Source: Verrucomicrobiales bacterium (GTDB taxonomy: Bacteria > Verrucomicrobiota > Verrucomicrobiia > Verrucomicrobiales > V1-33). Taken from it: a stretch of 64,000 bases of DNA. Below are positions 49,321 to 60,289 of this stretch, piece after piece. The stretch lies in assembly GCA_031411295.1 (NCBI GenBank), contig JANOAV010000140.1, positions 1 through 64,000 of the forward strand. The letters are read 5' to 3'. Position 1 is the first letter of the stretch. Every line of letters starts with the position of its first letter. Below the pieces are notes generated by a model. The model was not told where the DNA came from and did no database searches. It worked only from the letters and a program-made list of their open reading frames with translations. Both the position numbers and the translations under genes were made by a program.

Positions 49321-50412
49321 CTAGCTCATCAGGGATTCCATGGCCTCACAGACGCGTTCTGCGGAATCCAGATGGCCCAGGCTGGCCATGTTGGTGGACA
49401 GGCTGGTGCGCACTTCTTGGTTATTGAGGAGATCCGTCAGCAGACTGGCCATACGGGTGCCGGTGAGGTCGCGCTCCTGAACCATGAGGGCGGCTTTGGC
49501 CCGGACGAAGACTTCGGCGTTTTTCGTTTGGTGGTCGTCTGCCGCAAAGGGGTAGGGGATCAGGATGGTGGGCAGGGCGAATGCGCTTAATTCTGTTAGG
49601 CTGGACGCGCCCGCCCGGGAAATGCAAACACTGGCGATGGCGTAGGCCAACTCCATGCGCTGGCAAAAGGGGGCCACGTGAGCATTGAATGCGGTGGAGG
49701 CATAAGCTTTGCGGACGGCCTCTATTTCCTGAGGTCCGCTCAAATGAATGAACTGCACGGCTTGGGGGTCCAAGTGCGCCAGCGCCCCCAGCACGGATTC
49801 ATTCACTCCACGGGCACCTTGGCTGCCACCCATGACGAGCACGACGGGAAGGTCTGGGTTGAGTTGGAAAAAGTTCCAAGCCTCTGCGGGATCCACTTTG
49901 GTGCGCAGGGCGTTGCGCAATGGCGTGCCGACGACACTGGTTTTGGCGGCCGGAAAATGGCAGGAGGCTTCTCCTAATCCTAACAGGACTAGATCACAAA
50001 ATTTAGCGGACAGGCGGTTGGCCTTCCCGGGAAACGCGTTGGAGTCGTGGAGCAGGGTTTTGAGCTTCAGCTTACGTCCCGCATACAGTGGCGGCAATGA
50101 GGTGAACCCTCCCATTCCCAGAACGATATCTGCCCCGAACTCTTGCAGTAGCTTCTTGCAGGCTCGGGTGGTCTTAAAGAATTTCCAGACGAATTGGATC
50201 ATCCGCAGCGAGAGCATCGGCGGCATGGCGATGGCAGGTAGTTTCTCAAATCTTAAATCCTGATGGCCTTCGGTGGCGAGAGCGTCGATTTGCTTCTCGG
50301 AAATGAGGACGATGCAGGAATGTCCGCGTGCCTGCGCGGCCTGGGCGACAGCAATGCCAGGAAATAAATGGCCTCCAGTGCCCCCGCAGGCGATAACGAT
50401 TTTGAGTGGCAT
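49321..50412 (-). CDS. murG: Undecaprenyldiphospho-muramoylpentapeptide GlcNAc transferase
   Basis: GGTGGHLFP, GGSQGA, SRAGAS, HQTKNA. Confidence 0.96.
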   Translation of the reverse strand: MPLKIVIACGGTGGHLFPGIAVAQAAQARGHSCIVLISEKQIDALATEGHQDLRFEKLPAIAMPPMLSLRMIQFVWKFFKTTRACKKLLQEFGADIVLGMGGFTSLPPLYAGRKLKLKTLLHDSNAFPGKANRLSAKFCDLVLLGLGEASCHFPAAKTSVVGTPLRNALRTKVDPAEAWNFFQLNPDLPVVLVMGGSQGARGVNESVLGALAHLDPQAVQFIHLSGPQEIEAVRKAYASTAFNAHVAPFCQRMELAYAIASVCISRAGASSLTELSAFALPTILIPYPFAADDHQTKNAEVFVRAKAALMVQERDLTGTRMASLLTDLLNNQEVRTSLSTNMASLGHLDSAERVCEAMESLMS

Positions 50413-50418
50413 GTTCTA

Positions 50419-51561
50419 TTAGAGGGCGGGGGTGAGTTTGGCTCTGCCCAGCACGGGTTCGTTGGCGACGAGGCGGGCAGATTGACGGTGGATGTTGAGC
50501 AGGATACCCACGGCACACAAGAGACTGACCATGTTGGTTCCGCCAGCGCTAACAAATGGCAGGGGCATGCCTTTATTGGGCAGGAGTGCGGTGGTCACCC
50601 CGAGATGGATTACGGCCTGCACTGCGATAAGGCAGACCAAACCGAAGCCGAGGAGCTTACCGAAGCGGTCGGGCGCATGAATGGCGATCAGGAATCCAGC
50701 CACGACCATGGTGAGGTAACACCCGATCATGAAGAGACAGAACCATCCACCAAGCTCTTCGCCAATCACTGACGAAATCATGTCGCTGTTGGCATAGGGG
50801 AGGGAACCCATTTTCTGATGGCTGTTGCCAATCCCGAGGCCAGTGGGGCCACCGGAACCATAAGCCAGGAGCCCGGCGTATTGTTGCCAACCGTCTCCGC
50901 TGCGGGCCTTCTCCAAATCCAGATAGGCGGTGATCCGTCCCAAGCGCTCTGGGTCCCGCAGCACGACGAAGGTGAGCGCTGAAAGTCCGCCCAAGCACAT
51001 GAGGCCAAGATACCGCAAACGGGTGCCGCCGGCATAGAGCACCGAAATGGAAGCAACGGCCAGGAGGGCGGCATTGCCCAGATCGACCTCCGCTGCGATC
51101 GCGATGATCAACGCTCCCACTATGAGCATGGGCCAGAGGAATCCATGGAGAAATGATTTCCGCAGTTCGGCCCAGTGGGCGCACCAAGTGGCTACCGCGA
51201 TGATCCCCACGATTTTGGCAAACTCTGAAGGTTGAAAAATGAAACCCAGTCTGATCCAGCGATACGCCCCATTTTTATATACCCCAATCATCGGCAGGAA
51301 GCAGGCCAGGAGCGCGATCAAAGCGATGGCATAAAGGACTTTCGACCATTGAGCATAGCGCCGATAATCCAGCCAAGCGGTGAACCATAGGCCAAGCAGA
51401 CCCAGGCCAATGAAGGTGGCCTGATTTTTCGCGTCGTAATATGGGTCCGTCACGCCTTTGGGCTTTATCGTATAGGGACCGATGCTGACCTGCATGATCA
51501 CCCCGAGCACCAGCAACAGTAACATGGTGCCGAAAAGGAAGGCTGCACTTTTACGAGTCAT
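50419..51561 (-). CDS. ftsW: SEDS peptidoglycan polymerase
   Basis: NGA.RWI, FQPSEFAK, EELG, PNKGMPLPFVS.GG; dcw position. Confidence 0.93.
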   Translation of the reverse strand: MTRKSAAFLFGTMLLLLVLGVIMQVSIGPYTIKPKGVTDPYYDAKNQATFIGLGLLGLWFTAWLDYRRYAQWSKVLYAIALIALLACFLPMIGVYKNGAYRWIRLGFIFQPSEFAKIVGIIAVATWCAHWAELRKSFLHGFLWPMLIVGALIIAIAAEVDLGNAALLAVASISVLYAGGTRLRYLGLMCLGGLSALTFVVLRDPERLGRITAYLDLEKARSGDGWQQYAGLLAYGSGGPTGLGIGNSHQKMGSLPYANSDMISSVIGEELGGWFCLFMIGCYLTMVVAGFLIAIHAPDRFGKLLGFGLVCLIAVQAVIHLGVTTALLPNKGMPLPFVSAGGTNMVSLLCAVGILLNIHRQSARLVANEPVLGRAKLTPAL

Positions 51562-51639
51562 GGTCGATGGATAGTTAGGTGTTGGGAAGGGAAATTTGGC
51601 GGCAGGCAGGTCGGCCGCACGTTGGTTTAAATGGTCCGA

Positions 51640-52551
51640 TTAGTCTGCGGGAGGGAGTTTGATTTTTTGGCCCACCCGCAATTTGGAAGCATCGACGATC
51701 CCGTTGTAGCGCATGAGTGCTTTTTCGGTAACGCCGCGTCGTTTCGCGATGCCGAAGAGCGTTTCCCCTTTGCCCACGATGTAGGTTTTGCCACTCAAGG
51801 TTGTCTTGGTGGTGCTGGCCGCAGTAGCGTTAGCTTTCACGGGGCCGCCGATGGTAGTGTGCGGGGTTTTGGTTGGGGCTGGAGTTGAGATTTGCGCCGC
51901 CGCTACTTGCTCTGGGTTGGGGACATACTGGTTATACGCCCCGCCCGGATGAGCTGGGGGAGGTTGGCTGATGATTGGCTTTGGCTCCAGGCGCGCGCTG
52001 CCGTTCCCGGTGATGAGTCTCGGGGTGGGGATTTTCACGAGGCGGCCAACGTTGATTTCGATGTCGGGGTTGACCTGGCGGAGTTCTTCAACGGTGATCC
52101 CGCGGGATCTTGCAATAGACTCCCACGTCTCATCCATCCGCACCATGTAGTCTGTGGTATTGATTGGGGGGGCTGGAGTGCGGGTTACCGGCACCTGCCG
52201 TGGGGTTGCAGGACGTGCTGTCGGAGTGGCTGGAGGGGTGGAGCGATCCTTAACGGAAGTGGTGGCCGCGATGGCCGCTTTGGCGGGCGGAGCGTCGGCC
52301 ACGGGATCATGACCATAGTAATGGAACGCCACCAAGCCACCAACAGCCACTAAGTGCAATGCCAGCATGCCGATGAACATGCGGGAAGTCTTCACTTGCG
52401 GAGGTTCGCCACTGGTCCACTGACCTTCGCTGGTAACATTGGCCGGCATGACATGACTGCGTTTGGATTTACGACGACGGGGTGCCTGCGCTTTGAGAGC
52501 TTCGCGTTTCTCGCGCAGGTTTCGGACTTTGGTGTTAGTGCTGGTCGGCAT
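51640..52551 (-). CDS. Membrane-anchored double-LysM protein
   Basis: One TM segment; YMVRMDETWESIA and YIVGKGETLFGIA LysM motifs. Confidence 0.9.
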   Translation of the reverse strand: MPTSTNTKVRNLREKREALKAQAPRRRKSKRSHVMPANVTSEGQWTSGEPPQVKTSRMFIGMLALHLVAVGGLVAFHYYGHDPVADAPPAKAAIAATTSVKDRSTPPATPTARPATPRQVPVTRTPAPPINTTDYMVRMDETWESIARSRGITVEELRQVNPDIEINVGRLVKIPTPRLITGNGSARLEPKPIISQPPPAHPGGAYNQYVPNPEQVAAAQISTPAPTKTPHTTIGGPVKANATAASTTKTTLSGKTYIVGKGETLFGIAKRRGVTEKALMRYNGIVDASKLRVGQKIKLPPAD

Positions 52552-52559
52552 TTTGGTAG

Positions 52560-53879
52560 TTAGGTAAGAGTGGAGACAATTTCGGCAAAGGTGTTGCCGC
52601 GGTGATCGTAGCCGGTGAACATGTCAAAGGATGAGGTGCCAGGGGAAAAAAGAATCGTCTGGCCTGACTTGGAGACTTGGTAGGCGCGGGTAAGGGCTTC
52701 CGCCAGATCGACGCAGGCGTGAGTGGGGACGGTAGCACCCCAGGTGGCGACGAGTTCATCTTTGATTTCGCCAATGGTGAAGACCGCTGCGACTTTGTCT
52801 TTGATCAAGCCGGTGAGGGGCCGGTAGTCCAATCCCTTTTGCTTACCGCCGGCAATCAGAATCACCTTCTTGGTAAAGCCGCGGAGGGCGCTCTCCATGG
52901 CGTGCAAGTTAGTGGCTTTGGAGTCGTTAAGAAATTCGCGGCCTTTCACCTTGGCGACCAATTCACAACGGTGCCGCGGTGGGCGGTAAGCTTGCAGGGT
53001 GTTGATCATCACGTCGAATTGCACCCCGACGGCCGCGGCTGCGGCCATGGCGGCCATCACGTTTTCTGCGTTATGCAATCCGCGCAGGTTGGTCTGAGCC
53101 ATGTCGAGGAGCATTTCGTTGCGATGCCAAATTTTCCCCATGCGCACGTGGAACTCCGTATCGCCCCGGAAAGCGCTGAAGGTGACCTGCCGTGCCGCCA
53201 GTGGCGGATAGTCTTCTGCCCCATTGATCACGGCCACGTCTGCGGTGGTTTGGTTTTCGAAGATGCGTTGTTTGGCTTTGCGGTAGGCTGCCAGATCCGG
53301 ATGGCGATCCAGGTGATCCGGGGCGAAATTTAGCCAGACGGCTACTTTGGGGTGGAAAGTTTCAATCATTTCTAACTGAAACGAACTGACTTCCAGCGTG
53401 TAAATATCGACTGGAGTGCCTTCGGTGATCAGCTCAGAAAAGGCCACCCCGTAGTTGGCCCCAGCAATGGTCTTGATCCCGGCCCCCAGTAAAATTTTCT
53501 CAATCAATTCCGTCGTGGTAGTCTTACCATTCGTTCCGGTAATGGCGATGACTGGTTTGTCGCTATTTTGGTAGGCGAACTCCAATTCGCCAAGACAGCG
53601 CACCCCAGCACCAAGGTAGCGGGCTGCAAGCGGCCACGCGGGATCTATCCCGGGGCTGAGGACCACGAGGTCAAATTTCCGCCGACTCATCAAGGCGGCC
53701 TTGCCTAGCAAAACCGAGAATTCCTGGTCCCGCATTAGCTTCGCCCGTTGCTGCACGACCTCGCTGTCAGAAGAATCCAAAATGGTGACCTCCGCTCCGA
53801 GCTTTTTGGCCAGACGCGCGGCGGCCATGCCACTCGTGGCACAACCTAACACCGCTATCGTCTGTCCAGTGTATTTCAT
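52560..53879 (-). CDS. murD: UDP-MurNAc-L-Ala:D-Glu ligase
   Basis: SPGI, ITGTNGKTTT, EVSSFQL, DHLDRH, NDSKATN, SPG.SSFDMF. Confidence 0.96.
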   Translation of the reverse strand: MKYTGQTIAVLGCATSGMAAARLAKKLGAEVTILDSSDSEVVQQRAKLMRDQEFSVLLGKAALMSRRKFDLVVLSPGIDPAWPLAARYLGAGVRCLGELEFAYQNSDKPVIAITGTNGKTTTTELIEKILLGAGIKTIAGANYGVAFSELITEGTPVDIYTLEVSSFQLEMIETFHPKVAVWLNFAPDHLDRHPDLAAYRKAKQRIFENQTTADVAVINGAEDYPPLAARQVTFSAFRGDTEFHVRMGKIWHRNEMLLDMAQTNLRGLHNAENVMAAMAAAAAVGVQFDVMINTLQAYRPPRHRCELVAKVKGREFLNDSKATNLHAMESALRGFTKKVILIAGGKQKGLDYRPLTGLIKDKVAAVFTIGEIKDELVATWGATVPTHACVDLAEALTRAYQVSKSGQTILFSPGTSSFDMFTGYDHRGNTFAEIVSTLT

Positions 53880-53883
53880 GAAT

Positions 53884-55020
53884 TTATCTGAGTTTCAGGG
53901 TCGCCAGGCCAATGAAAGCACATACAATGCCGATAATCCAAAAGCGCACCACAACTTGAGTTTCCTTCCAGCCACAAAGCTCAAAATGATGGTGCAGGGG
54001 ACTCATCCTAAAGACCCGGCGGCCTTCCCCGTATTTCTTGCGGGTATACTTGAAGTAAACGCGCTGAATGATGACCGAGGCTGCTTCCACCACGAAGACC
54101 CCACCGACGATGACCAGCGTGACCTCTTGCTTGCAACTGATTGCCATAACCGCCAACCCGCCGCCGATGGCGAGTGCGCCCGTGTCTCCCATGAACACAC
54201 GAGCCGGGGCGCAATTAAACCAGAGGAAGCCAATGGTGGCTCCGAGCAGGGAAAAGCTAACGACGGCCATCTCCCCGGAAAGTTGATTGTAGGGCAGATT
54301 GAGATACTCCGCAGAACCCTTGGTGCCTTGGAGATAATTGAAGATGCCATAGGTAAAGGCCACCGGGATGGTGCAGCCGGTAGCGAGGCCATCGAGGCCG
54401 TCGGTCAGGTTCACGGCGTTGGAAGAGCCGATGATGACGATCATGAAAAAGGGCACGGTCCACCATCCCATGTCCTGGATTACCGCGGTTTTGATAAACG
54501 GAATCCAGAGTTGGCCGAAGTATCCCGGGTTGGTGCGATAAATCAGGACCGCCACGATGGCTGCCACGATGAATTGAAAGACCAGTTTGAAGCGCTCGCT
54601 AACGCCTTTGCTGTTCCGCTTGGTGACTTTCAGGTAGTCGTCCCAGAAGCCCAGAATGCCGAGCGTAACCACCGCAAAGACCGTCAACCAGATGTAGGGA
54701 TCTGTCCAGTGGCAGCAGAGCACCACCCCCAGCGCGAACGCCAGCACGATCATGATCCCACCCATGGTAGGGGTGCCCTTTTTTCCTTCATGGAGCGCAA
54801 ACAGTTGGTTCACTTCTTCCGCGGTGCGGATGGGTTGCCCCATCTTGAGCGAGAGCAGCTTCATGATGACGCGATTGCCAATCAGGAGGACAAAGGTTAG
54901 CGAAATCAACGCGGCCATGATGGCGCGAAACGATTCGTATTGCAGCACGTTGGTGACCTTTTTCCAAAAGTCATGTTCGCCTGCGTTGGCTTTGAGCAGT
55001 TCGTGAATCCAGTAAAGCAT
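53884..55020 (-). CDS. mraY: Phospho-MurNAc-pentapeptide transferase
   Basis: KKGTPTMGG, DDY, NAVNLTDGLDGL, FMGDTG, PLHHHFE. Confidence 0.97.
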   Translation of the reverse strand: MLYWIHELLKANAGEHDFWKKVTNVLQYESFRAIMAALISLTFVLLIGNRVIMKLLSLKMGQPIRTAEEVNQLFALHEGKKGTPTMGGIMIVLAFALGVVLCCHWTDPYIWLTVFAVVTLGILGFWDDYLKVTKRNSKGVSERFKLVFQFIVAAIVAVLIYRTNPGYFGQLWIPFIKTAVIQDMGWWTVPFFMIVIIGSSNAVNLTDGLDGLATGCTIPVAFTYGIFNYLQGTKGSAEYLNLPYNQLSGEMAVVSFSLLGATIGFLWFNCAPARVFMGDTGALAIGGGLAVMAISCKQEVTLVIVGGVFVVEAASVIIQRVYFKYTRKKYGEGRRVFRMSPLHHHFELCGWKETQVVVRFWIIGIVCAFIGLATLKLR

Positions 55021-55022
55021 GG

Positions 55023-56405
55023 TTAGGCGGTAAAGTGTTCGATGATCTTTTCCATGGCGGCAGAGCGGCTACCCTTAATCAGGATAAGATCGGCGGCATG
55101 GGCGGTGGTTTGTAAGAATTTGGCGCACGCCGCAGCATCAGCAAAAGCATGGATGGCGGTGGTCGGAGTTTCCCGGAGCGCGGCTTGGGCACCTTCTGCG
55201 ATCAGTCTGGCGTCGGTGTCACCTACGGTGCAAAGCAGAGGGAATTTTCCCGCCACGACGTTGGCACCTAATTCTCGATGGGCGGCGGCGGCATGAATTC
55301 CCAGTTCACCCATCCGGCCCAGGACGACGATGCGGCGGCCGGAACATTCGCAACTGAGCAGGGTTTGCAGGGCTGCTTTCATGGAATCCGGATTTGCGTT
55401 ATAGCTATCGTCCAGAAAAGTGAGTCCTCCCGCCAGACGCCATTGCAGGCGGCCGTGGTTGAGGCTGGCGGATTCCAACCCGGCAATGATGGTTTCAGCC
55501 GGCATCCCGAAATGATATCCGGCTGCCGCCGCCAGTGCCGCATTGCCAATCATATGCCGCCCTGGCACCGGCAGATGAACGGGCAGGGGATCGAGTCTGG
55601 GGAATTGCAGATCAAAGTTACTGCCAGAGAGGTCAGCGGTAACATTACTCACCCGGACATCCGCCTGCTCGCTGAAACCAGCCGTGAGCACATATCCCGC
55701 CGTGCGCTCCGTCAGCACCGGGGTGAAGTCGTCGTCCGCATTGAGGATGACACAACCGTCTTCCGGCACCTCTGCCGCCAGATCCCCCTTCTCTTGGGCG
55801 ATGGCTTCCCGGCTGCCCAAAAACTCAATGTGGGCCGTGCCGATGTTGGTAATGATGGCCGCATTCGGCTGCGCGATGGCGGCCAGGGGAGCAATTTCAC
55901 CACGATGATTCATGCCCATTTCCAGCACCGCAATTTCGTCTTCCGCAGCGATGCCTAACACCGACAAGGGCAGGCCGATGTGGTTGTTCAGATTACCTTT
56001 GGTGGCGTGGACGTGAAACGTCTGGGACAGCACTGCGGTAACAAAATCCTTTGTGCTCGTCTTGCCATTGCTGCCCGTGATCCCCAACACCTTGCCGCCC
56101 CAAGCCTTGCGCCAGGCTGCGGCCATGCGTTGCAGGCCCGCTAATGTGTCCTCCACCAAAATAACCGCCCCCGGCGGATAGGCCGGCAACTCTCGGGCGA
56201 CCAGAAAGGCTTGCGCACCAGCGGCGGCAGCTTGATCCAGGAAGTTGTGGGCATCAAAGTTCTCACCCGCCAACGCCACAAACAAACTCTGCGGAGGCAG
56301 GCTGCGGGAATCTGTGGACACGGCTGGGATCATGGCCGTGGGATCACCCTGCAAGAGGGTGCCTCCAGTCCAGTCAACGAGCTGTGCTACAGATTGCGGT
56401 TTCAT
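55023..56405 (-). CDS. murF: UDP-MurNAc-tripeptide:D-Ala-D-Ala ligase
   Basis: ITGSNGKTSTK, NNHIGLP, EMGMNH.GEI, DSYNANP, KGSR. Confidence 0.96.
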   Translation of the reverse strand: MKPQSVAQLVDWTGGTLLQGDPTAMIPAVSTDSRSLPPQSLFVALAGENFDAHNFLDQAAAAGAQAFLVARELPAYPPGAVILVEDTLAGLQRMAAAWRKAWGGKVLGITGSNGKTSTKDFVTAVLSQTFHVHATKGNLNNHIGLPLSVLGIAAEDEIAVLEMGMNHRGEIAPLAAIAQPNAAIITNIGTAHIEFLGSREAIAQEKGDLAAEVPEDGCVILNADDDFTPVLTERTAGYVLTAGFSEQADVRVSNVTADLSGSNFDLQFPRLDPLPVHLPVPGRHMIGNAALAAAAGYHFGMPAETIIAGLESASLNHGRLQWRLAGGLTFLDDSYNANPDSMKAALQTLLSCECSGRRIVVLGRMGELGIHAAAAHRELGANVVAGKFPLLCTVGDTDARLIAEGAQAALRETPTTAIHAFADAAACAKFLQTTAHAADLILIKGSRSAAMEKIIEHFTA

Positions 56406-57889
56406 TCCGGGGCCTCCCGTCTGGCCCGCAGGTAGAAGCTGGCTACTCTGACATCATCAAATGGGATCGTGCGGTCCGCGAAGATTTGATAGGCCTCGTG
56501 ACCTTTACCAGCCAGCAAAATGATGTCGCCATCGCGCGCCATTTCGATGGCCAGCTTGATCGCCTCCTCCCGGTCTGGGATCTTGGCGTAGCTCTGACCC
56601 CGCATGCCCACGGCCATGTCGTCGAGAATTTTGGCAGGATCTTCACTGCGGGGATTGTCCGATGTTAGGATGACGCGATCGCTATAGGTTTCCGCCATGT
56701 GCGCCATGAGCGGCCGCTTGGTGACATCGCGATCCCCACCGCATCCGCAGAGGGTAATGATTCGTCGAGGATTGAGCCCCCGCAGAGTTTTGAGCACATT
56801 TTCCAAGGCGTCCGGGGTGTGGGCATAGTCCACGAAGACCCGGAAGTTGCGCTGCGGTCCCACGCTTTGCAGGCGACCCGGGACTTGCGGCATTTTGGCA
56901 ATGTGGTTGGTGGCTTCCCGCAGATTGAAACCCATGGCATTCACCGCCGCCAGCGCTGCCGCAGAATTGAAGACATTGAAGCGACCAATGATCGGCAGGC
57001 GCACAATCATGGTGCGACCTTTCACTTCCAAGGTAAAGCTGGAAGTGGTAATGGTGGTGGTGATATCAGCAATGCGGAAATCTACTCCGTAGCTCATCCC
57101 GTAAGTCACGACCTGGCCGGTGCTGCGATACTGTTCGGCATATTTTTTACCGCTGAAATCATCCAGATTGATGATCATCTTGGACTTTCTTTTGTGCGCT
57201 TGCTGCGTCAACTGTTCAAAGAATCGACCTTTGGCAGCCCGGTAGGCGTCCATGGTGCCATGATAATCCAAGTGGTCCTGCGTTAAGTTAGTAAAGACTG
57301 CGGCATCGAACTCCACGCCCGCCACACGCTGCTGCTCCAGAGCATGACTGCTCACTTCCATGGCTACGCCGGCGCAACCGTTGTTGCGGATGAGATCCAG
57401 CAACCGTTGGATTTCCACACCGTCCGGCGTGGTATGGCTCGCGGGAATCGTCTCGCCATCCCCCAAATCATAGCGAATGGTGCCGAGAAAGCCGCAGCGG
57501 CCTTTGCTGGAGGCCATTAGATGTTGGATAATGAGCGCTGTCGTGGTTTTCCCGTTGGTTCCGGTCACTCCGGCCACTTTTAAATCGTTGGCCGGATGAT
57601 GATAGAATTCGCTGGCTGCCACCGCCAACGCTTTGGCGGAATCTTTGACTTGAATCCAGGATCCGTTGTAATCCACCGGCACATCGCTTTCTGCAACAAT
57701 TGCCAGGGCACCTTGCGTGATGGCTTGATCGATAAATTGGTGACCGTCGGTTTTGGATCCTCGCAGGGCAAAGAAGAGGGAGCCTGGAGCCACCTTGCGA
57801 GAATCGGCCGTCAACGACACCACGTCACCCTCCACAGGTCCGGCGGAGCGGGCTTGGGGCAGGGATTTGAGGATGGTAGATAGATTCAT
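56402..57889 (-). CDS. murE: UDP-MurNAc-dipeptide:meso-DAP ligase
   Basis: TGTNGKTT, MEVSSH, DHLDYH, VDYAHTPD, DNPR (DAP-type), AGKGHE. Confidence 0.96.
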   Translation of the reverse strand: MNLSTILKSLPQARSAGPVEGDVVSLTADSRKVAPGSLFFALRGSKTDGHQFIDQAITQGALAIVAESDVPVDYNGSWIQVKDSAKALAVAASEFYHHPANDLKVAGVTGTNGKTTTALIIQHLMASSKGRCGFLGTIRYDLGDGETIPASHTTPDGVEIQRLLDLIRNNGCAGVAMEVSSHALEQQRVAGVEFDAAVFTNLTQDHLDYHGTMDAYRAAKGRFFEQLTQQAHKRKSKMIINLDDFSGKKYAEQYRSTGQVVTYGMSYGVDFRIADITTTITTSSFTLEVKGRTMIVRLPIIGRFNVFNSAAALAAVNAMGFNLREATNHIAKMPQVPGRLQSVGPQRNFRVFVDYAHTPDALENVLKTLRGLNPRRIITLCGCGGDRDVTKRPLMAHMAETYSDRVILTSDNPRSEDPAKILDDMAVGMRGQSYAKIPDREEAIKLAIEMARDGDIILLAGKGHEAYQIFADRTIPFDDVRVASFYLRARREAPE

Positions 57890-57942
57890 GGGGCGGTGAG
57901 CTTCCAGAGCGCAGGTCGGGAAACAAGAGATATTTGAAAGTT

Positions 57943-59931
57943 CTAGGGATGGCGGGGTTTGGCCACATGGGTCACGACTTCACCGGGCACTTCGTAATAG
58001 CGCAGGGCTGATTCCATAATGCGGCGGAAGACGGGTGCGGCCAGCTTGCCCCCGTAGAGTTGTTCTTTAGGAGCGCGCGGATCATCAATCACCACCACGC
58101 CAATGAGCTTGGGATTCACGGCAGGCGCGAAGCCCAAAAAGGAGACAACATACCGATCCTTATAGTAGCCCCCGCCCTCTTCTTTGGGCCGGTGGAGCAG
58201 GGCGGTGCCAGTCTTGCCTGCGATGTAATAATCACGGCTCTGGGCTTTGGTTCCGGTGCCGCGTTCCACCACCTCCAGCATGGCTTCCCGGGTGCCTTTG
58301 GCGGCGTTGGCTGAGATCACCCGCCGCCGGTTTGCTGGCTTGTGTTCTTCCAGCACGCGATTCCGCGAATCCAGCACGGCCTCCACCATATAGGGTTCCT
58401 GATACCAGCCGTCGTTCAGGATCACGCCCAACGCGGAGCACATTTGAATCGGGGTGACGGAGATATTGTAGCCAAAAGCCGTGCGGGCCAGCACGTTGTA
58501 GTTCCACTCTTTCGCTACGATGCCTCGCGTTTCCAGCCCGGTATGTTTCAATGGATCAGCCATGCCCATGAAGTTGGTGCGTTTCCCAAAACCGAAGCCA
58601 TAGATGATGTCCTCAAATTTCTTCAGGCCCACGGTGCGGGCTAACTTGTAGGCGCCAATGTTACTGCTGTGCACCAGAATGTCGCGCACACTCAGGGAAG
58701 GGAACGCCTCATCATCGGTGATCCGCTCCACATCCGCGTCATCATAAGTCGGGCCATTGATCGCGATGTAGGTGTTCAGGTTGACTTTGGTGGAATCAAG
58801 CGCGGCGGCCACGGTGCAAATTTTCATGGTTGATCCCGGTTCGTAGATCCCAGTCGAGGCAGCATTCGAGGGTTGCTGATCTTTGTCCCAGGAATGCATC
58901 GCGCGGATGGCCATCGTCTTAGCGTCCAACAGCACCACCATCACGCGCGCCGGCTTCAGCGGCGGCAGATACACTTCTTTGGGATCATTCCCGGTCTGAC
59001 TCAGGCAGGCGGCCACGATCTCCTTCAACGTCGTATCCAATGTTAGCCGCAGCGACTTGCCCTCTTGGGGGTCCACGATTTCATTTTGCACATTGGCGAT
59101 TTCCCGCCCGCCCGCATCGACCTCATAGATGCGCTTGCCGTCAACCCCTGTCAGGTCTGCATCCCGGGCTAGCTCAATCCCACCTGTCCTCGGTCCACGC
59201 TCCTGTAGATTGCCGCTGGGGGGCGTTTGCACCGTTCCAATCAGCGGGAGTAGCTCGGGATCATTCAACGGCGTGCGACGGTAGAAGGAATTGATGCGCA
59301 GGCATCCCAACTGATTTTCCTGCATGATGCGATTCAAGCGGTTGGCTTGCAGAGCATTAATTTCTGCCGCCAGCACGGTTTGCCCGGAATCCCATTTGCG
59401 AGGGGCCCCCTTATCGGTGCGCTCTGTGATCAGCTTGGTAATCTCTTCTGGCGTGCGTTCCAAGGCTGGGGCTACGAGCGATGCCATCCACCAGATAAAG
59501 CGCTGCTGCATTTCTTTCTCATCCCAGGTGCGGCGTAACTCCGGCCAAGGGCGCTCCTCACTCTTGGCTAGAGCTTGCGCCATCCGATCCATGGCACCCA
59601 GGGACTTGGCCTTGCCAGTTTCCTTGTCAGGCTGGCCCCATTCCCGCATCGCCATATTGTCGAACACGACGGATTGCATGGCTTGATCACTGGTCAGGAG
59701 ACGCATTTTGGTGTCCAAAATGGGGCCGCGGGCGGCAGGTAAGACATCCTCCCGCACCCGATTCCGATCCGCTCTGGCCGTCCAGACCTTGTATTCAATC
59801 ATTTGCAGATAAAAGATCCGTGCCGAGATGGCGGTAAATGCCAACACCGCCAAGAACAGCGCCAAGGTAGCACGCTTAGTTAGGCAATAATCGCACTCGC
59901 GATCCAATGGAGTGATGCTTGGGCGCTTCAT
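57943..59931 (-). CDS. ftsI: Class B penicillin-binding protein (FtsI-like)
   Basis: YEPGSTMK (SxxK), SSN, KTGT; dcw position. Confidence 0.88.
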   Translation of the reverse strand: MKRPSITPLDRECDYCLTKRATLALFLAVLAFTAISARIFYLQMIEYKVWTARADRNRVREDVLPAARGPILDTKMRLLTSDQAMQSVVFDNMAMREWGQPDKETGKAKSLGAMDRMAQALAKSEERPWPELRRTWDEKEMQQRFIWWMASLVAPALERTPEEITKLITERTDKGAPRKWDSGQTVLAAEINALQANRLNRIMQENQLGCLRINSFYRRTPLNDPELLPLIGTVQTPPSGNLQERGPRTGGIELARDADLTGVDGKRIYEVDAGGREIANVQNEIVDPQEGKSLRLTLDTTLKEIVAACLSQTGNDPKEVYLPPLKPARVMVVLLDAKTMAIRAMHSWDKDQQPSNAASTGIYEPGSTMKICTVAAALDSTKVNLNTYIAINGPTYDDADVERITDDEAFPSLSVRDILVHSSNIGAYKLARTVGLKKFEDIIYGFGFGKRTNFMGMADPLKHTGLETRGIVAKEWNYNVLARTAFGYNISVTPIQMCSALGVILNDGWYQEPYMVEAVLDSRNRVLEEHKPANRRRVISANAAKGTREAMLEVVERGTGTKAQSRDYYIAGKTGTALLHRPKEEGGGYYKDRYVVSFLGFAPAVNPKLIGVVVIDDPRAPKEQLYGGKLAAPVFRRIMESALRYYEVPGEVVTHVAKPRHP

Positions 59932-59932
59932 T

Positions 59933-60274
59933 TTATTTACGGGAACTGACCACGGTGCCATCAGGTTGCACGGTCAAAATTTCATCGACATCCGGATTGG
60001 TTCGCTTGAGATCGATGCCAAAGGAACTCATTCGGCTGAGGAGGGGGCCGCTCTTCTCCCGCTGGCGATTCCCTGAATCCAAGCGGCGGATTTCGTTGTC
60101 CAGACGTTGGATAACGTCAGCCAGTTGGTTCACTTCCTTGGCCTTCTCTTTCTGCTTCATGCCCAGCCACGTGTGGGCAATGCCGAAGGCACCCAGAATC
60201 ACCACCACCAGCAGGATGTTCAAGACCAGCATGGGTTTCAGGGATGCGTCGTAGCTAAATTTGCCAATTCTCAT
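59933..60274 (-). CDS. FtsL-like cell division protein
   Basis: Single TM plus coiled coil, between rsmH and ftsI. Confidence 0.7.
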   Translation of the reverse strand: MRIGKFSYDASLKPMLVLNILLVVVILGAFGIAHTWLGMKQKEKAKEVNQLADVIQRLDNEIRRLDSGNRQREKSGPLLSRMSSFGIDLKRTNPDVDEILTVQPDGTVVSSRK

Positions 60275-60289
60275 AAAATGAATTTCAAG

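Noticed and set aside
53701..54900. 399-aa plus-strand ORF over mraY/murD
   Set aside because: Antisense shadow of essential conserved genes.
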